Below are positions 27,172 through 36,998 of a stretch of 64,000 nucleotides of DNA, piece by piece. Within the stretch, counting starts at the first letter, position 1; each line of letters begins with the position of its first letter. The notes under the pieces were generated by a model that did no database searches, had not been told where the DNA came from, and saw only the letters and a program-made list of their open reading frames with translations. This DNA comes from a bacterium (GTDB lineage: Bacteria; UBA9089; JASEIO01). The stretch is from positions 13,495-77,494 of the forward strand of contig JASEIO010000001.1 of assembly GCA_030017475.1 (NCBI GenBank), read 5' to 3'. The position numbers and the translations under genes were made by a program.

Positions 27172-29232
27172 ATGGCTGTTGGGGCAGATGTATTAGGTAG
27201 ACCGCATTGGATGCAGAAGACTGATGTTTTGGTATCAATTGGTGTATTGTGTATAGTGATAATGATGGTCATACCCCTTCCTCCGTTTATTCTTGATCTT
27301 TTTATTGCTGCAAATTTGACTATAGGTATTGCTGTCATTTTGACCACTATGTATATACTGAAGGCAGTTGAGTTTACTGTTTATCCAAGCCTTTTGTTAA
27401 TAGTTACAGTGTATAGATTGGCCTTAAATGTCTCTTCAACCAGGATGATATTGCTCGGTAGGGGGGAGGAGATTGGTATAATTAAGGCATTTGGTACATT
27501 TGTTATTGGAGGAAATTATGTAGTAGGGATTATCATATTTTTGATCCTTGTGATGATACAATTTATGGTAGTTGTAAGGGGAACAACCCGTGTTTCTGAA
27601 GTGGCTGCAAGATTCACTTTGGATGCCATGCCTGGGAAACAGATGGCGATTGATGCCGATTTAAATGCTGGTTTAATCACTGAACAGGAGGCAATTGAAA
27701 GAAGAATGGAGATAAGAAAGGAGGCAGATTTTTATGGGGCTATGGATGGTGCATGTAAGTTTGTGCAGGGAGATGTTATGGCAGGACTTGTGATCACGAT
27801 AATAAATATTATTGGTGGATTAATAATTGCTATCTGGATTCTAAAATTAGAACCAATGGCCGCGGTTAAGAAATATACTATCTTAACTGTAGGGGATGGA
27901 TTGGTGGCCCAAATTCCATCATTACTTATCTCAGTAGCTACAGGATTACTCGTAACAAGGGCTGCTTCAGAAGCTAATTTAGGGACAGACTTAACCACTC
28001 AATTAACTGCTAAACCAAAGGTTCTATGGATTGTATCAGGTGCCTTGGCATTCTTGGCGATTACACCTTTACCTACTTTACCATTATTGACCTTATCAGG
28101 GGGAAGTGGATTTCTGGCCTATGTGCTGTCAAAGAGTCAGAAACAGATGGAGGTAGAGAAGGTAGAGGCAAAAAAAAGGGAAGAAGTGGAACGGGCAAAA
28201 AGGCCAGAGTCGGTTATGTCCCTTCTGCAGGTTGATCCAATGGAGTTGGAGATTGGATATTCCCTTATTCCCTTAGTTGATCCTGAACAGGGTGGAGATT
28301 TATTGGATAGGGTAACAATGATCCGGCGCCAAATGGCTATGGATTTAGGATTGGTTGTACCACCAATAAGGATAAGGGATAACATGCAGCTTCGGCCAGA
28401 TACCTATGTGATTAAGATAAAAGGGGTGGAGGTGGCCAAAGGGGGGATAAAGGTAGATCATTATTTAGCTATGAATCCAGGTACAGCCACAGAAGAGATA
28501 GAAGGAGAGAAAACTATTGAGCCTGCTTTCAAACTTCCAGCAATCTGGATTACTGAAGCGGAGCGTGAAAGGGCTGAGATGGCAGGTTACACTGTGGTTG
28601 ATGCACCATCAATTGTAGCCACTCATTTGACTGAGGTTATAAGGAGAGATGCCCCAGAGTTACTTGGACGTCAAGAGGTACAAACATTGCTTGACAATGT
28701 AAAACAGAAATATCCCACCTTGGTTGATGAGTTAGTTCCAAATGTCTTAACTGTAGGAGAAGTCCAAAAGGTTTTACATAGTTTACTAAAGGAAGGGGTT
28801 TCTATTAGAAATTTAGTTACAATCTTGGAGGTTTTAGCAGATTTTGCCCCAAAGACAAAGGAGATACCTATATTAACTGAGCAGGTAAGGATTGCATTAG
28901 CCAGGCAGATTTGTAATCAATACAAGACAGAAGAAGGGATCTTACCAGTTATTACCTTAGATCCCACTTTAGAAGAGACAATCACAAAATCGATAAAAGA
29001 GAATAGGATTGTTCTTGAGCCCGCTACATTGCAGAAGATCTTATCTAATCTATCCGGAGAGATGAATAAGGCAGCTTTGCAAGGGTATCAGGCCTTGGTT
29101 TTATGTTCATCTAAAATAAGAAGGTATCTAAAGGATTTAACCATTCGCAATCTTCCTACCTTGGCAGTTCTTTCCTATGATGAGATTATACCTGATATAG
29201 AGGTAAGATCTGTAGGGATGGTGAGGATATAA
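27172..29232 (+). CDS. flhA: flagellar biosynthesis protein FlhA
   Basis: About 686 aa. Eight-TM N-terminal domain with FHIPEX-like motifs and a large cytoplasmic C-terminal domain. ATG 27172 follows AAGGTGG. Confidence 0.95.
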   Translation: MAVGADVLGRPHWMQKTDVLVSIGVLCIVIMMVIPLPPFILDLFIAANLTIGIAVILTTMYILKAVEFTVYPSLLLIVTVYRLALNVSSTRMILLGRGEEIGIIKAFGTFVIGGNYVVGIIIFLILVMIQFMVVVRGTTRVSEVAARFTLDAMPGKQMAIDADLNAGLITEQEAIERRMEIRKEADFYGAMDGACKFVQGDVMAGLVITIINIIGGLIIAIWILKLEPMAAVKKYTILTVGDGLVAQIPSLLISVATGLLVTRAASEANLGTDLTTQLTAKPKVLWIVSGALAFLAITPLPTLPLLTLSGGSGFLAYVLSKSQKQMEVEKVEAKKREEVERAKRPESVMSLLQVDPMELEIGYSLIPLVDPEQGGDLLDRVTMIRRQMAMDLGLVVPPIRIRDNMQLRPDTYVIKIKGVEVAKGGIKVDHYLAMNPGTATEEIEGEKTIEPAFKLPAIWITEAERERAEMAGYTVVDAPSIVATHLTEVIRRDAPELLGRQEVQTLLDNVKQKYPTLVDELVPNVLTVGEVQKVLHSLLKEGVSIRNLVTILEVLADFAPKTKEIPILTEQVRIALARQICNQYKTEEGILPVITLDPTLEETITKSIKENRIVLEPATLQKILSNLSGEMNKAALQGYQALVLCSSKIRRYLKDLTIRNLPTLAVLSYDEIIPDIEVRSVGMVRI

Positions 29233-29233
29233 A

Positions 29234-30376
29234 ATGATGAAATATAAGAGATATGAAGCTCCAACATTACAACAGGCAATCTTAAAAATGACAATTGATT
29301 TGGGGAAGGATGCGATTTTGGTTAGCCATAGAACTACAAGAAAAGGAGGACTTTTTGGATTATTTGGAAAGAAGGTAGTGGAGGTAACAGGGGCTCTGCC
29401 TTCTCGGATTAAGAATCCTTCCACCTCTTCCCCTGAGGTTAAACCTTCCATTACTTCTCCTTCTAAGGTTAAAGGCAATAATCCCCAAGGTGATGAGATA
29501 AATGAGATTCAAAGGGAACTTCAAGAGATAAAGCAGAGGATGGAAATAATGTTTGAGGAGATGAAAGTAGGGGTTTCTTCCAAATATCCTGGGAAGTCCG
29601 GAGAGCTGTATATGCGGTTGATCCAGTCAGAGGTGGAGGAGGGGTTAGCAGAAGATTTGATAAAAAAGATAATAGCGGAGTCGTCTTCGAAGGAGCTTGA
29701 AGACAAAAGTTTGTTGCAGCACAACTTAGAGAGATGCATTATGGATTTGATTGAGGTCTCTGGTCCAATAAAACTTGACTCCCACCCAAAGGTAGTTATT
29801 TTGGTTGGACCAACAGGTGTGGGAAAGACTACCACCTTGGCTAAATTAGCAGCAGACTTCGCTTTTGAGAAGGATTGTAAGGTAGCTTTAATTACTATAG
29901 ATACCTATAGGATCGCTGCAGTAGAACAATTAAAAACTTATGCTGAGATTTTAGGTGTTCCTTTGCATATTGTATTTTCTCCTCAAGAATTTGGGGAGGC
30001 CATCCGACAATTGGAAAATTTTGATTTAATTTTGGTAGATACTGCTGGTAGAAGCCAAAGAAATCACCAGCAGATGCAAGAATTGAAAATATTTATTGAG
30101 AATTGCGGGTTTGAGCTTGAGAGTATTTTATTATTAAGTGCTACTACCAAATATAAAGAGATGCTTGATATTACGGAGAGCTTTAAAAAGGTATCCTTTA
30201 ATAAAATCCTCTTTACCAAGCTTGATGAAACAGTTACCTTTGGTCCTATCTTGAATATTTTGACTAAGGTTCCCAAGCCCTTGTGTTACGTAACCTTAGG
30301 GCAAAATGTTCCTGAAGATATAGAGGTTGCTGATCCGAAAAAGATTGCAAGATTAATCCTTGAGGAACAAAAATAA
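29234..30376 (+). CDS. flhF: flagellar biosynthesis SRP-type GTPase FlhF
   Basis: 380 aa. SRP-GTPase motifs G1 [28 protein letters not shown]. Located just downstream of flhA. Confidence 0.85.
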   Translation: MMKYKRYEAPTLQQAILKMTIDLGKDAILVSHRTTRKGGLFGLFGKKVVEVTGALPSRIKNPSTSSPEVKPSITSPSKVKGNNPQGDEINEIQRELQEIKQRMEIMFEEMKVGVSSKYPGKSGELYMRLIQSEVEEGLAEDLIKKIIAESSSKELEDKSLLQHNLERCIMDLIEVSGPIKLDSHPKVVILVGPTGVGKTTTLAKLAADFAFEKDCKVALITIDTYRIAAVEQLKTYAEILGVPLHIVFSPQEFGEAIRQLENFDLILVDTAGRSQRNHQQMQELKIFIENCGFELESILLLSATTKYKEMLDITESFKKVSFNKILFTKLDETVTFGPILNILTKVPKPLCYVTLGQNVPEDIEVADPKKIARLILEEQK

Positions 30377-30451
30377 AGATCTTAACTGTAAGGATTAAGC
30401 TTAAAGGAAACTTAATTTTTTAATCTTATAGATTAGTAAATGGGAGGGAAA

Positions 30452-31318
30452 ATGAGTGATCAAGCGGAAAGGCTAAGGGAATTGGCAGAAAAGAATAATT
30501 CGAATTCACCTTGTAAGGTTATCGCTATAACTTCGGGTAAAGGTGGTGTTGGAAAGACGAATTTAGCTGCGAACCTGGCCATATCGTTTTCTAAGATACG
30601 GAAAAAGGTTTTAGTTATGGATGCCGATTTGGGCCTGGCTAATGTGAATGTTATTCTTGGACTTATCCCCCCTCCACGGTATAATCTTTATCATGTAATC
30701 ACAGGGCAGAAAACGCTTTCTGAAATAGTTTCGGAAGGACCAGGAGAAATTAAACTGGTTGCTGGGGCATCTGGTGTACGTGAGGTGGCAAATCTGTCTG
30801 AAGATACGAGAAAGGAGTTCATTTCTCATTTAAATGATCTGCAGGATTCAAATGACCTTATTCTGATTGATACAGGAGCAGGTTTATCTCAAAATGTCCT
30901 ATCCTTTGTTTTGGCTTCGGATCAGGTGATTTTGATCACTACTCCTGAACCAACCTCGATTGCCAATGCTTACGGGGTTATTAAAGTAATTTCGCAAGAA
31001 GATCAAGATACAAATATTAAATTGATTGTTAATCGAGTGAAAAACATCTTAGAGGGAAAGCGAGTAGCTGATAGAATAATAAATATAGCTGCCCAATTCC
31101 TTAATATGAGAGTGGAAACCCTTGGATATATCTTAGAAGATCCATTAGTTGGTAAGGCAGTAAGGATGCAGAAGCCATTTATATTGAATTTCCCAAATTC
31201 AAAGGCAACTTTATGTATAAATCATATAAGAGATAGATTGATAAATATTAATGCGGAGCCCCAGAAAGAAAAAAGGTTCAGCCTATTTTTTGAGAATCTT
31301 TTTAGGAGAAGATTATAG
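30452..31318 (+). CDS. flhG: MinD/ParA-type ATPase FlhG (YlxH/FleN)
   Basis: Deviant Walker A ITSGKGGVGKTNLAANLA. MinD-like fold. ATG 30452 follows GGGAGGG; the ORF track's 30440 start overlaps that RBS. Confidence 0.85.
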   Translation: MSDQAERLRELAEKNNSNSPCKVIAITSGKGGVGKTNLAANLAISFSKIRKKVLVMDADLGLANVNVILGLIPPPRYNLYHVITGQKTLSEIVSEGPGEIKLVAGASGVREVANLSEDTRKEFISHLNDLQDSNDLILIDTGAGLSQNVLSFVLASDQVILITTPEPTSIANAYGVIKVISQEDQDTNIKLIVNRVKNILEGKRVADRIINIAAQFLNMRVETLGYILEDPLVGKAVRMQKPFILNFPNSKATLCINHIRDRLININAEPQKEKRFSLFFENLFRRRL

Positions 31319-31413
31319 ATTATGAAGAGAGCAGTAATTCTACTTTTAGGTATTTGAGAAGCTTTTAACATTTTTTTCTTGCGTTATGATGGAAGGGATG
31401 GTATAATAGAAAG

Positions 31414-31719
31414 ATGATTAGTAGATTCATGCATTGGGTCGCTATCTTTGCCTCTTTATTAAATGGAGTAACTACCTTTCTTAAATTTTTTGGTGCCATA
31501 AGTGGGTCAAATCTATTTGTAATTGTTGTTACTCGTATGATGGTTACATTTATAATCTTTTGTGGCATTGGCTTTATAATTAAACGAATAGTTTCTTACA
31601 AGATTCCTCAGTTATTGGAAACTGGTGGAGGGCTTGGAGGGCATGTTGATTATTCATTGCCAGCTACTTCACCTGTTACAGAAGGTAAAAAAAAGGAACA
31701 GGCTGAGGAAGAAAAGTAA
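31414..31719 (+). CDS. small hypothetical membrane protein
   Basis: 101 aa. Two predicted TM helices, then a Gly-rich and Lys/Glu-rich tail. No recognisable family. Occupies the slot where che genes sit in the Bacillus fla/che operon. Confidence 0.3.
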   Translation: MISRFMHWVAIFASLLNGVTTFLKFFGAISGSNLFVIVVTRMMVTFIIFCGIGFIIKRIVSYKIPQLLETGGGLGGHVDYSLPATSPVTEGKKKEQAEEEK

Positions 31720-31794
31720 ATAATTTTTCTTTTTTCCATGTTTTCCCGTTTTCCATACTTACACAGATTCAGAGAGCTGATTTGAAGGTGAGTG

Positions 31795-32574
31795 ATGGCG
31801 AAGTCAGAAGAGGAAATTTGGAAGCAGTATAAAAAGACAGGGGATCCAAAATTAAGAGAAGAGTTAATCATAAGATATGCCCCCATGGTTAAATACATTG
31901 CTGGAAGAATTGCAGTTTCTACTCCTCCATCAATTGAATATGATGATTTAGTAAGTTATGGCGTCTTAGGGTTGATTGATGCTATTGAAAGGTATGATCC
32001 TAAACATGGATCAAAGTTTAAGACTTATGCTACGAGTAGGATTAAAGGATCAATCTTTGATGAATTAAGGTTACTTGATTGGGTACCAAGACAGATTAGA
32101 AGAAGGTCAAAGCAGCTTGAAGGTGTATATGCAGAGTTAGAGAGTAAATACGGAAGGGCAGTTAGAGATGAGGAAGTAGCTGAGGAGTTGGGGATAGGTG
32201 TGGAGGAGTTGCAAAATCTTATCACGAGCGTAAGTGGCACATCTCTTATTTCTTTAGAAGATATGAAACATTTAGGTGATGATGATGAAGTGGCTATGTT
32301 TTCCACAATTGAAAACCCTGAGACTCAAAATCCAGAGGCAATTTTAGAAAAGGAAGAGGTGAAGAATCTTCTTGTTGAGGCAATCAATAGACTTCCACAA
32401 AAGGAACGTGAAGTTATTACTCTTTACTATTATGAGGAATTGACTCTAAAGGAGATTGGTGAAGTTCTTGGTGTTACTGAGTCAAGGATTTCTCAACTTC
32501 ATACTAAGGCAATTTTAAGACTTCGTGGATTTCTTTCTAAGATGAGAAGAGTATCCAAAGGTTCAGTTGCCTAA
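31795..32574 (+). CDS. fliA: flagellar sigma factor sigma-28 (FliA/SigD)
   Basis: About 259 aa. Region 2 (YDDLVSYGVLGLIDAIERYDPKHGSKFKTYATSRIKGSIFDELR) and region 4 HTH (LTLKEIGEVLGVTESRISQLHTKAILRLR). Confidence 0.9.
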   Translation: MAKSEEEIWKQYKKTGDPKLREELIIRYAPMVKYIAGRIAVSTPPSIEYDDLVSYGVLGLIDAIERYDPKHGSKFKTYATSRIKGSIFDELRLLDWVPRQIRRRSKQLEGVYAELESKYGRAVRDEEVAEELGIGVEELQNLITSVSGTSLISLEDMKHLGDDDEVAMFSTIENPETQNPEAILEKEEVKNLLVEAINRLPQKEREVITLYYYEELTLKEIGEVLGVTESRISQLHTKAILRLRGFLSKMRRVSKGSVA

Positions 32575-32649
32575 GGGGAAATGAGAGGAAAAGGTGTAAC
32601 AAAGGAAAAAGAGGGAAAATAGAGATTAGTTACAATAGATGGAGAGAAG

Positions 32650-34293
32650 ATGAAGAAGGCATGGGATTTGGACGGCCATTATAGAATTACGATTCGTCCT
32701 CAAGGGGTTTTTCTAACTGTTTATCCACCAGTTGGGGAAGGGGAAAAGGTAAATGTAGAGGATGTTATTAGGGAGATTGAAGAGAAAGGGCTAACTTCAA
32801 TCGATTTTGATTTAATAAACTTAGCTACGGAAGAGGCATCTAGTGTTCCAGTTAAGATTGGAGAGGGGCAAGCTGTAGAACTTAAAGAGGGGAAGTTGAT
32901 TGTAGAAATCTCAGAGGACAAGATGAGTGCCTATTTAACGATTGTACCCCCTCAAGGTATAAGAGGTTTTATAACCTTAAGTGATGTTAAGGAAGAATTG
33001 AAGAAAAAGGGAGTAGTTTTTGGGGTAGACGAGCAATCTATTACCGAAATGCTGGAAAATGAAGATTATAATAGACCAATATTAGTAGCCCAAGGAAAAC
33101 CACCTGTTTCTGGGTCTGATGCAGTTATAAATTATAGGTTTAAGCGCGAAAGGGTGTTTAGACCTAAGGAGTTAAAAGATGGAAGGGTTGATTTCCGCGA
33201 ACTTGGTTTTATCCAGAATGTTAAAGAGGGGGAGGTTTTAGCTACAAAGATTCCACCTACTAAATGTACTCCTGGTATGACTGTTACTGGACAGGAGATT
33301 CTTGGGAAAGACGGAGAGGATTTTTCTATTCCAGCTGGGAAAAATACAGAGATTTCTGAAGATGGATTGGAATTACGTGCTACTGTATCTGGACAAGTAA
33401 TCTGGTCCGCTGGAAAGGTTAATGTAGAGTCTGTTTGTGAGATTAAAGGAGATGTTGGGGTACAGACTGGAAATATAGAATTTATAGGGAATATAGTTAT
33501 TGGTGGTAATATCAGGGATGGATATTCAGTCAAGGCTACAGGAGATATTGAGGTCAAAGGATCTATAGAAAAGGCTATGGTAGAGGCAGGAGGAGATATT
33601 ATAGTTCAAAATGGAATTTTAGGCAGGGGAGGAGGGAAGGTTACTGCAGGTGCAGACATAATCGCTAAGTTTATAGAAAATGGAAACGTAGAAGCAAAGG
33701 GGGACATCTTTATTACAGAGGCAATTATGCATTCTCAAGTCGATGCAGGAGGTAGGGTAGTTGTCTATGGAGGAAAGAGAGGAGTAATTTTAGGTGGAAG
33801 GATTAGGGCAAAAGAGGGGGTGAATGCTCGGACCATTGGTTCCTGGACAGAAACAGAGACTGAGATTGAGGTAGGGGTTTCACCAGCTTCGAGAGAAGAG
33901 ATTAGGGTTTTGGAAAAGGAGATAGAAAATGATAAAAAGAATTTTAGGGAGTTGAAGTTAGGGATTAAAACCTTACTTGATATGAAAGAAAGTCATGGTG
34001 GTAATTTGCCACGTGACAAAGAAGAACTCTTGTCGCAACATTTAAGGGCCCAAAAGTTGTTAATGGTCCGACTTAGGGATGCTACTGAGAAGATAACCGC
34101 TCTACAAAAAGAACTATCTCATGAGAGTGGTGGTAAGATTTCGGTTTTTAATGTGATATACCCAGGGGTAAAGATATGTATTCATACTACCACCTTATAT
34201 CTAAAAAGGGAATATAAGTATGTAACCTTTAGTGTCTGTGCTGGTAAGATATCAGTTGATTCATATGAAGAGCCAAAATTGAAGAGAAAGTAG
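32650..34293 (+). CDS. FapA-like (DUF342) flagellar assembly protein with beta-helical repeats
   Basis: 547 aa. N-terminal domain, then a degenerate beta-solenoid repeat block (GNIEFIGNIVIGGNIRDGYSVKATGDIEVKGSIEKAMVEAGGDIIVQNG ...), then a C-terminal coiled coil. DUF342/FapA proteins commonly follow fliA in Firmicutes-type loci. Confidence 0.7.
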   Translation: MKKAWDLDGHYRITIRPQGVFLTVYPPVGEGEKVNVEDVIREIEEKGLTSIDFDLINLATEEASSVPVKIGEGQAVELKEGKLIVEISEDKMSAYLTIVPPQGIRGFITLSDVKEELKKKGVVFGVDEQSITEMLENEDYNRPILVAQGKPPVSGSDAVINYRFKRERVFRPKELKDGRVDFRELGFIQNVKEGEVLATKIPPTKCTPGMTVTGQEILGKDGEDFSIPAGKNTEISEDGLELRATVSGQVIWSAGKVNVESVCEIKGDVGVQTGNIEFIGNIVIGGNIRDGYSVKATGDIEVKGSIEKAMVEAGGDIIVQNGILGRGGGKVTAGADIIAKFIENGNVEAKGDIFITEAIMHSQVDAGGRVVVYGGKRGVILGGRIRAKEGVNARTIGSWTETETEIEVGVSPASREEIRVLEKEIENDKKNFRELKLGIKTLLDMKESHGGNLPRDKEELLSQHLRAQKLLMVRLRDATEKITALQKELSHESGGKISVFNVIYPGVKICIHTTTLYLKREYKYVTFSVCAGKISVDSYEEPKLKRK

Positions 34294-34339
34294 CTATAAA
34301 AATAAAGCCATAAGATTAAAAAAACAAGGAGAGGACAAA

Positions 34340-34654
34340 ATGCCTGTTAATCCCATTGATTTACAAGTTAATCTCTTACAGCAAACCCGTGTGGCTCAAG
34401 ATCAACAGGTTCAACAAGAACAGCCAGTTGTGCAACAAAGTGAGTTGGCTTATGAGTCCGAAGAACAATCAAGGGTTTATCAAACTCAAGTTCACACTAC
34501 GGAAAGAAGCGAGGGGAAAAAGGTTGAAGAAAGAGGAACAGGGGGGAGAGGCGAAGGAAGGCAAAGGAGGGAACGAAAGAGAAGAGAAAGGGGAGAGGAG
34601 CGTATAGTAGCAAAAGATCCTGATAGGGGCAGAATTATTGATGTAGTCAGATAA
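34340..34654 (+). CDS. small hypothetical protein, Gln-rich N-terminus and Arg/Glu/Gly-rich C-terminus
   Basis: 104 aa with RBS AAGGAGAGG. Unknown family; low-complexity C-terminal half encoded by a purine-rich tract. Confidence 0.35.
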   Translation: MPVNPIDLQVNLLQQTRVAQDQQVQQEQPVVQQSELAYESEEQSRVYQTQVHTTERSEGKKVEERGTGGRGEGRQRRERKRRERGEERIVAKDPDRGRIIDVVR

Positions 34655-34679
34655 GGAAAAAGGGAGGAAAGGTGATGCG

Positions 34680-35168
34680 ATGGTATATCTTGTCGTAGGT
34701 GTTATAGTTTCGGGGTTTTTATATCATATCTTCATGAGATTGTGCAGGATTCGTATAAACCGTAGTGACGAGAAGGTTAAAATAGAATTTCGTGATAATG
34801 TGACTAAGTTGATTACAGATTTTAATCGTGTATCCAATACCAACATCAACATACTTGAAGATAAGATAGAGGATTTGAACCGGACGATTGAATTAGCTGA
34901 TCAGAGGATTATTAAATTGAATCTACTAATAAATGATCTTCAAATAATGGCCAATAAGTGTGAGAGGGTTTTGGGTAATAAAGGTCTATCTCCCCATACT
35001 GATGCCTCTTTGGAACCCATCTCCCAGGATCAAGGAGGTAGTTCAAAGTACAATAAGATATATGAACTTGCATCAGGTGGAAGTAGTATTGAGGACATTG
35101 CAAAGAGTGTAGATATGAGTAAGGGTGAAGTAAAGTTAGTTTTGGGATTGAAAGGAAGGGGTAGATGA
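34680..35168 (+). CDS. hypothetical membrane-anchored coiled-coil protein with C-terminal HTH-like segment
   Basis: 162 aa. N-terminal TM helix (LVVGVIVSGFLYHIF), central coiled coil, C-terminus YNKIYELASGGSSIEDIAKSVDMSKGEVKLVLGL resembling an HTH. Last gene of the flagellar block; translationally coupled to coaD. Confidence 0.4.
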   Translation: MVYLVVGVIVSGFLYHIFMRLCRIRINRSDEKVKIEFRDNVTKLITDFNRVSNTNINILEDKIEDLNRTIELADQRIIKLNLLINDLQIMANKCERVLGNKGLSPHTDASLEPISQDQGGSSKYNKIYELASGGSSIEDIAKSVDMSKGEVKLVLGLKGRGR

Positions 35169-35647
35169 ATAAGATTGCAATTTATCCAGGGTCGTTTGAT
35201 CCTGTAACTTATGGACATTTAGACATAATCCAAAGAGCTGTTTCTCTTTTTGACTATTTGTTAGTGGCCGTTGTGGAAAATCCTACAAAAAAGCCACTTT
35301 TTTGTGCAAAAGAACGAGTGGAGATGTTACGGGATGTAACTTCGGATTTAAAAGGAGTGGAAATTTCTTGTTTCAATGGATTGTTGGTGGATTATGCAAA
35401 AGAAAGAGGTGTATCGGTAATTATAAGAGGATTACGTGCTGTTTCTGATTTTGAACACGAGTTTCAAATGGCTTTGATGAATAAGAGACTATATCCCGAA
35501 ATTGATACCATTTTCATGATGGCGAGGGAGACACATCTTTATTTAAGTTCTAGCATTGTGAAAGAAATAGCCAGTTTAAGCGGGAGAGTGGAAGATTTAG
35601 TCCCTGAAGTAGTTGCGAAGAGACTATACCAAAGATTCAATCGGTGA
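35165..35647 (+). CDS. coaD: phosphopantetheine adenylyltransferase
   Basis: 160 aa. IAIYPGSFDPVTYGHLDII nucleotidyltransferase motif (HxGH). Confidence 0.9.
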   Translation: MNKIAIYPGSFDPVTYGHLDIIQRAVSLFDYLLVAVVENPTKKPLFCAKERVEMLRDVTSDLKGVEISCFNGLLVDYAKERGVSVIIRGLRAVSDFEHEFQMALMNKRLYPEIDTIFMMARETHLYLSSSIVKEIASLSGRVEDLVPEVVAKRLYQRFNR

Positions 35648-35713
35648 TTCGCAAATAATTTTAATCTGTGCAATCTGTGGATATAATTTTCAATAAATAA
35701 GGGGGTTGTGTTT

Positions 35714-36988
35714 ATGAAGGCTACGGTAGAGAAGAAAGAAGGTTGTGTTGTAGATTTGCATATCCACTTGACCCGAGAAGAGGTAAATGAAGAATATGAA
35801 TTGGTTTATAAAAAATTAAATAGGACAGTTAAGGTCCCTGGGTTCAGAATAGGACATGTTCCAAGGTCAATTTTGGATACACGTTTCCGAGAAAGGATAG
35901 AAAAAGAACTCATTGAGTCTATTGCCCCTAAATATTATAAAAAGGCAATAAAGGAGGTAGATATTGTTCCTTTAACACCTCCAAAGATAAGTGCCTTCAA
36001 ATGCAGGAAAGATGAACCTCTAAATTTTTCGGCCACAATTGAGGTAAAACCAGATATTGAATTAGGTAAGTATAAGGGAATTGAGGTGGAAAAGAAGGTT
36101 TATAAGGTTACAGAGCGCGACGTGGAAAAAAGACTGAAAAGTTTGCAACTACAGTATGCAGAATTAGTGGATGTAGAAGGAAGAGGTGTGCAGAAAGGAG
36201 ATACTATTACTATCAATTTCAATTCGTTTGTGGATGGGAAGCCAATTCCTGGACTTAAGGGCGAGAATTTTTCACTGGATGTAGGTGGAGATGTCTTACT
36301 CCCTGAGGCAGAAGAAAAGATAATTGGGGCACAAGTAGGGGAAGAAAGGGAGATAAAGATTCGTTTACCAGAAAATTTTAAACCAATTGAGTTTGCTGGG
36401 AAAGAGGCAACCTTTTTTGTAAATGTACTTTCTATTAAAGAAAAAAGATTGCCTGTATTAGATGATGAGTTTGCCAGGGATGTGGGTAAGTTTTCCTGTC
36501 TTTCGGATTTGAAGGAAAATTTAAGGGAAGAGTTGGAGCGCGCTTTTGAAATGAGAACAAATCAGGAATTGAGAAATGAATTGTTAGATATTATAATCTC
36601 TAATTCACGCTTTGAAGTACCCCGAGTAATGTTGGAAGGGGAAATAGATCTTATGATACGTGATTTTTCAAACGATATCAAGCCTCAAACCCTGTCTCAG
36701 TATTTAAAAGAGGTGAACATGAGTTTAGAGGAATTGAGAGAGGATTTCCGTCCTTATGGGGAAAAGAGGTTAAAAAGGGGGTTAATTTTAGACTCCATTG
36801 CTACGAAAGAAGGGATTGAGGTAACGGATGAGGAATTAGAGGAGCGTATAAAGGCCTTAGGTCTGGAGAATGTAGATAAAGCTAAAAGAGAGGACTTGCT
36901 TGAAGAAATAAGGGCGGAGAAAACATTACGTTTTTTATTAGAGGTTTCCAATATAAAAGAGGTAGAAGGTAAAAGAGAGGAGGAGTAA
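35714..36988 (+). CDS. tig: trigger factor (ribosome-associated chaperone/PPIase)
   Basis: 424 aa. [11 protein letters not shown]-terminus, FKBP-like middle domain. tig-clpP-clpX synteny. ATG 35714 follows a GGGGG RBS. Confidence 0.9.
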   Translation: MKATVEKKEGCVVDLHIHLTREEVNEEYELVYKKLNRTVKVPGFRIGHVPRSILDTRFRERIEKELIESIAPKYYKKAIKEVDIVPLTPPKISAFKCRKDEPLNFSATIEVKPDIELGKYKGIEVEKKVYKVTERDVEKRLKSLQLQYAELVDVEGRGVQKGDTITINFNSFVDGKPIPGLKGENFSLDVGGDVLLPEAEEKIIGAQVGEEREIKIRLPENFKPIEFAGKEATFFVNVLSIKEKRLPVLDDEFARDVGKFSCLSDLKENLREELERAFEMRTNQELRNELLDIIISNSRFEVPRVMLEGEIDLMIRDFSNDIKPQTLSQYLKEVNMSLEELREDFRPYGEKRLKRGLILDSIATKEGIEVTDEELEERIKALGLENVDKAKREDLLEEIRAEKTLRFLLEVSNIKEVEGKREEE

Positions 36989-36998
36989 AGGAGGTAAA

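Noticed and set aside
34356-34607. 83-aa ORF in an alternative frame overlapping the 34340-34654 gene
   Set aside because: It has no RBS of its own and is produced by the same polypurine tract, so it is probably a frame shadow. It is kept only as a note because a G6 run could allow frame switching.
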